Assembly: GCF_035083965.1 (NCBI RefSeq)
Contig: NC_089740.1
Coordinates: forward strand, 9,172,596 to 9,236,595
Reading direction: 5' to 3'
Length of the DNA stretch: 64,000 bases
From: Branchiostoma lanceolatum
Taxonomy: Eukaryota
The translations under genes were made by a program, and so were the position numbers. Shown here piece by piece: positions 60,510 to 64,000 of this stretch (positions within the stretch are counted from its first letter, which is position 1; each line of letters begins with the position of its first letter). The notes beneath the pieces are model-generated. The model was not told the origin of the DNA, did not search any database, and saw only the letters and a list, made by a program, of their open reading frames with translations.

Positions 60510-61639
60510 GATAGAACCGTCGGCTGCCAGGGACAAGGACAAATTGACCTCTCTAATGCCCAACGGCCCTTAAACGCAGAAGCGGGGACTATTTTCTGGT
60601 TTTCATCAACACTGATAATTCATTATGATGGATTCAAAGGAATAACGCTCGTTTATCAAAATAACTTAATGTTCTTGCATTTTGCCAAATATTGTCGAGT
60701 AAGAACAGGCAGCTGACTCAAAAGTTTCAGAAAGTTTAGTCGACAAAAAGAATTCTCCTAGACGATTGCTACATTTTCGGACATACATGATATCCTCATC
60801 CACACCCTCAAATATCGCTTACCCAATAGTGTCCTTAACTTATTCTAAATTCATTACCTGACAGTACAAAGGTTATCGGGATTTGAAGGTTTGTTGGCTC
60901 ATTGTTCAAACCGCGACGTTTGGTGACACCGCGCCGTCATCTCACCACACCACTGCACAAATGTAAAGGCTTACTTATTGTTTGATGACGTAAAAGCAAT
61001 CTACCTCTGATAGCTTTGTATTCAAACCGACTCGCTGCTGGCATTTGATGGGTTGCATAGAGGGGGTTATGACCAATCGCCAACAGAGTTCGTCATTGTT
61101 AGGTGATTGACGTCAGCGTTAGTGTGAATGTTCGAGCTAGTACTACTGTAGCCACTCATGTGGACAATTTGTCTTTGAACTGTATTTGAAGCAAAAATAC
61201 TCAAGTGAGCGACAATAGGTCACCCAGGCACACCATAGTTATCATAAATCATACTCGCACGCCGCCAAACAGCCGGAGAAAAGGTTGTACAGACCTGTTA
61301 GACCATGCATTGCTCTTTGTAGAGGAGCTGATATTTCTCTGAACATTTGGCTCTGTGCGCGCTTTTTTAAAGGAAAATGGCACTTTGAACAACTCGGACG
61401 ACAATGAGTAGTGCTACGTTATTATCCCGAAAGGCGCAGAACAAGACGGTAAAATGTTACATGTAGTTATAAGATCATGAATGTTCCATTGGTTAATTGA
61501 GCAACAAGAGCAGCCTTTGCTGTGTCAGATACATCTATGTCAACGGCACAAGTATAAGATAAAATTCCAATGAAAACATTTCAAGGGCGATTGAAATAAG
61601 TACAGCTAATAGCACCATCTACGTCGATCATCCACCTGC

Positions 61640-61992
61640 TCAATCGATAAAGCAACAGACCACTCCCAATATCGCGAGAAACAGCGAGAACGGGGACGAG
61701 ATTTGAGAAGCGCCCCCTGTATATCCGTTCACCTCTGCCTCTGTGGTGTTGTGGCAGAAGTACCACATGTTCTCCACGTACTTGGTGAACTCTGAACCCT
61801 CGGGGTAGCCGTTGTTCCTGACCAGCTGTTTGTAGAAGACGGAGGAAGCCTTCGGGTAGCGGGTGCGGTCGGGGTCGTTGAAGTCGACATAGTAAAGGCC
61901 GAAACGCACAGTGTAGCCGGGTAGCCACTCATACCCGTCCATGAGAGACCAGGCGGTGAAGGCCTTCACCTTAACATTGTCCAGGTTGTAAG
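61640..61992 (-). CDS. GH1 copy 3 exon 10 (terminal; hydrophobic tail; includes stop)
   Basis: Acceptor tctgccag|CT. Translates [117 protein letters not shown] then stop. Lies in ORF 61640-61969. Confidence 0.75.
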
Positions 61993-62349
61993 CTGGCAGA
62001 AAAAAAAGATTTATTAGTTAATTACATTATCAAATTAGCTAGCCATCATATTCAAATGAGGTTTTAGGTAATGAAGGCATTAGTTCAGAATAGTTACCAT
62101 CATGGAGATAATTTGATATCTAGCAATGATCGGAGAGTCACGGCAAAAGTGCGAAAGATTTTCAAGATATGGTACAGATTCCACTCATTGAGCAAGGAAC
62201 ATGACATGTGTGTGTCAATTTCCTATAATGTAATATGACTATATCAATGTAATCATAATAAGTTATAAGTGCATGTTTAGTATCAGTGCAAACATTTTCC
62301 ATGATATAAGTGCTAAAGGTGTTGGAAAACGTTCAGTCAGAGCAGATAC

Positions 62350-62435
62350 CTTTCATAACCTCGTTGGTGTGCGTCATGTAGGAACAGATCCGGTCCATGT
62401 CCATAAGGATTGCTGGGTCCCGGTCGTGGTCAGGC
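62350..62435 (-). CDS. GH1 copy 3 exon 9
   Basis: Acceptor ctacaccag|G and donor GAAAG|gtatct. Translates RPDHDRDPAILMDMDRICSYMTHTNEVMK. Confidence 0.7.
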
Positions 62436-62930
62436 CTGGTGTAGAGTGAGGAAATGAGGAATGGATGGTTAAATAGTGCAGTGTGAAGAAATAAAGGGAT
62501 GCATCGTCAAAGAAGAAGCCATCAGGTATGGTCTTAAATGTATATGTTTGCTGTTGTGTACAATGCTAGAATTTTGACATTGTTGATAATCATATAATGC
62601 AGTGGACTGTTTCATCATTCGAAAGCTGTTAATAGACGACTACATTAATTCTATTTCATGGTGACCAGGGAGAAATAGAGAATTAAACAATAGAAGGAAA
62701 GCACATCAGTATTGGCCTGGATGCCAGACTGTTTCCAGGGCCAGCATACCCCCAAGGAAATTTTACCACAGCTCCCCAAGTTTGACCCTGCTCTAAGTCA
62801 GGAGGCTGTCTCAAAATTTCCTCGGGGGCATTTTAGCTCTGGAGCCGAGGAGCTGGCCTATGTAGGCTCTAGGAACAGTCTGCCGTCCAGGTTACATCAA
62901 TATAAGAGGATGGCGATAGAAACCACTCAC

Positions 62931-63099
62931 CTTCCGTTTTCCGTTATGTAGACATCCGGATCTCCGTACTCGTCCCTGATGAAACCCAGGAGTTTCCGGA
63001 TTCCCCAGGGAACAGTGTACAGCCAGGTGAAAGGCGTTTGTGGCCAATCAGCCGCATGTCCCTTCTCAACATCCATGTCACTGAAGTAGTTGGGATTTT
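62931..63099 (-). CDS. GH1 copy 3 exon 8 (ITENG nucleophile motif)
   Basis: Acceptor cttccttag|AA and donor GGAAG|gtgagt. Translates ENPNYFSDMDVEKGHAADWPQTPFTWLYTVPWGIRKLLGFIRDEYGDPDVYITENG. Confidence 0.7.
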
Positions 63100-63846
63100 C
63101 TAAGGAAGTATATTAAGGTTGTTAATTGTAGTAAAAAGTATTAGAAGACCTATGAACATTATAGAATGTTACAAACATAGATAAAAGCATTTAAGACAAA
63201 CTTCACCCTATCTGGTACACAGAGCGATATTTTCTATATACTGTTGTCATGCCCGACTACTATATCCATGTACATAGGTCAATTTCTCCCTAAATCATTC
63301 GAAAAGCGAGACAGAATTACCCATACATGACTACATATTGTAACAAATAAACTGGTTTCGAAAATATTTTGTACTTAGAATTGTAGGATCGATTAGCCTT
63401 GTAGACCAGATTGTTGATTTCATGCCATACATTGTACCATGTACGATTGTTGAGCAATAAAGTTCACTTCACTTCACTTTAAAGATCGTTCGGTCTTCTT
63501 CATGAACATTACGGTGTATGGTTAAATGTTGCAAGAACTACTGACGAACTACAAGTTATCCTGTGCATCTGTATCTGTTTAGCCGGTATAACAGGCAACA
63601 TCTTCGAAGCCACGAGGCGCACAGAGGCAGCTGGATACATTACACCAAGGAGGTTATATAAAACCTAACCTTTGCACATCTTACTGCAAGCATTGTTCAA
63701 AGCTAGTCAGTGAGTTCAAAGCCTTCATGTACAGGTCGCAACATAAAATGTCATGTATGAGTTGACCGACAACTAATTAGTGCATCAGAGGACTATAATT
63801 CCTAACGTAATGTTAACCTTCGAGCAATAGATGACCTTTGACCAAC

Positions 63847-64000
63847 CTGTCACAATATGGCCTGAGTCAGCCACCTCCACAGTGGTGTAGTAGTTCAGGG
63901 CGAAGAAGTCGGAGGTTCGGTTGATGTAGGCCTTCTGCTCCGGAGTAAACTCTGGCAGACGGGACGAGTTTCTTCCCTCTTCTCGCCCTTTCCTCGTCAT
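63847..64000 (-). CDS. GH1 copy 3 exon 7 (5' end truncated by window end)
   Basis: Translates (TT)[51 protein letters not shown]. Donor ACAG|gttggt. Lies in ORF 63785-64000. Exons 1-6 of this copy lie beyond 64000. Confidence 0.7.

Overview
This window is a gene-dense metazoan region with GT-AG introns. It is possibly from an invertebrate deuterostome, but that is inferred only from gene content and style, not shown. Nine protein-coding loci were reconstructed by homology plus manual splice-site reading. (1) + strand: a type I membrane protein of the Ig superfamily, 4660-9087, with V-set and C2-set Ig exons, a TM exon, a PPPY cytoplasmic exon and a C-terminal ...ETDI. Its 5' exons were not found in the window. 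(2) + strand: deoxyhypusine synthase (DHPS), 10 coding exons, 14037-19947, about 362 aa. (3) + strand: a SAM-dependent N-methyltransferase of the NNMT/INMT/PNMT family, 6 exons, 22221-25575. (4) - strand: a paralogous methyltransferase, 5 exons, 28979-26535, convergent with (3) and with the last intron lost. (5) - strand: a BTB/POZ protein with four C2H2 zinc fingers, 33669-31187. (6) + strand: a prokineticin/Bv8 (AVIT)-like secreted 10-Cys peptide gene, 3 exons, 37815-41036, preceded by tandem promoter-like repeats. (7-9) - strand: a tandem array of three glycoside hydrolase family 1 (lactase-phlorizin-hydrolase-like) genes. Each has 10 exons and encodes about 561 aa with a signal peptide and a GPI-anchor-like C-terminus. 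Copy 1 is 51023-43243. Copy 2 is 60509-52582 and is about 95% identical to copy 1, introns included. Copy 3 is diverged, runs from beyond 64000 to 61640, and is truncated by the window end. Non-coding content: a MITE family (3 copies), SINE-like dispersed repeats, a LINE ORF2 C-terminal fragment, many micro- and minisatellites, small foldback elements, and recurrent local duplications of exon-boundary fragments. No rRNA or tRNA genes, no CRISPR, and nothing prokaryotic were seen. The 'M' starts in the ORF track are often alternative-start (TTG/GTG) artefacts. Exon coordinates come from manual reading anchored on the ORF track and may be off by 1-2 nt.
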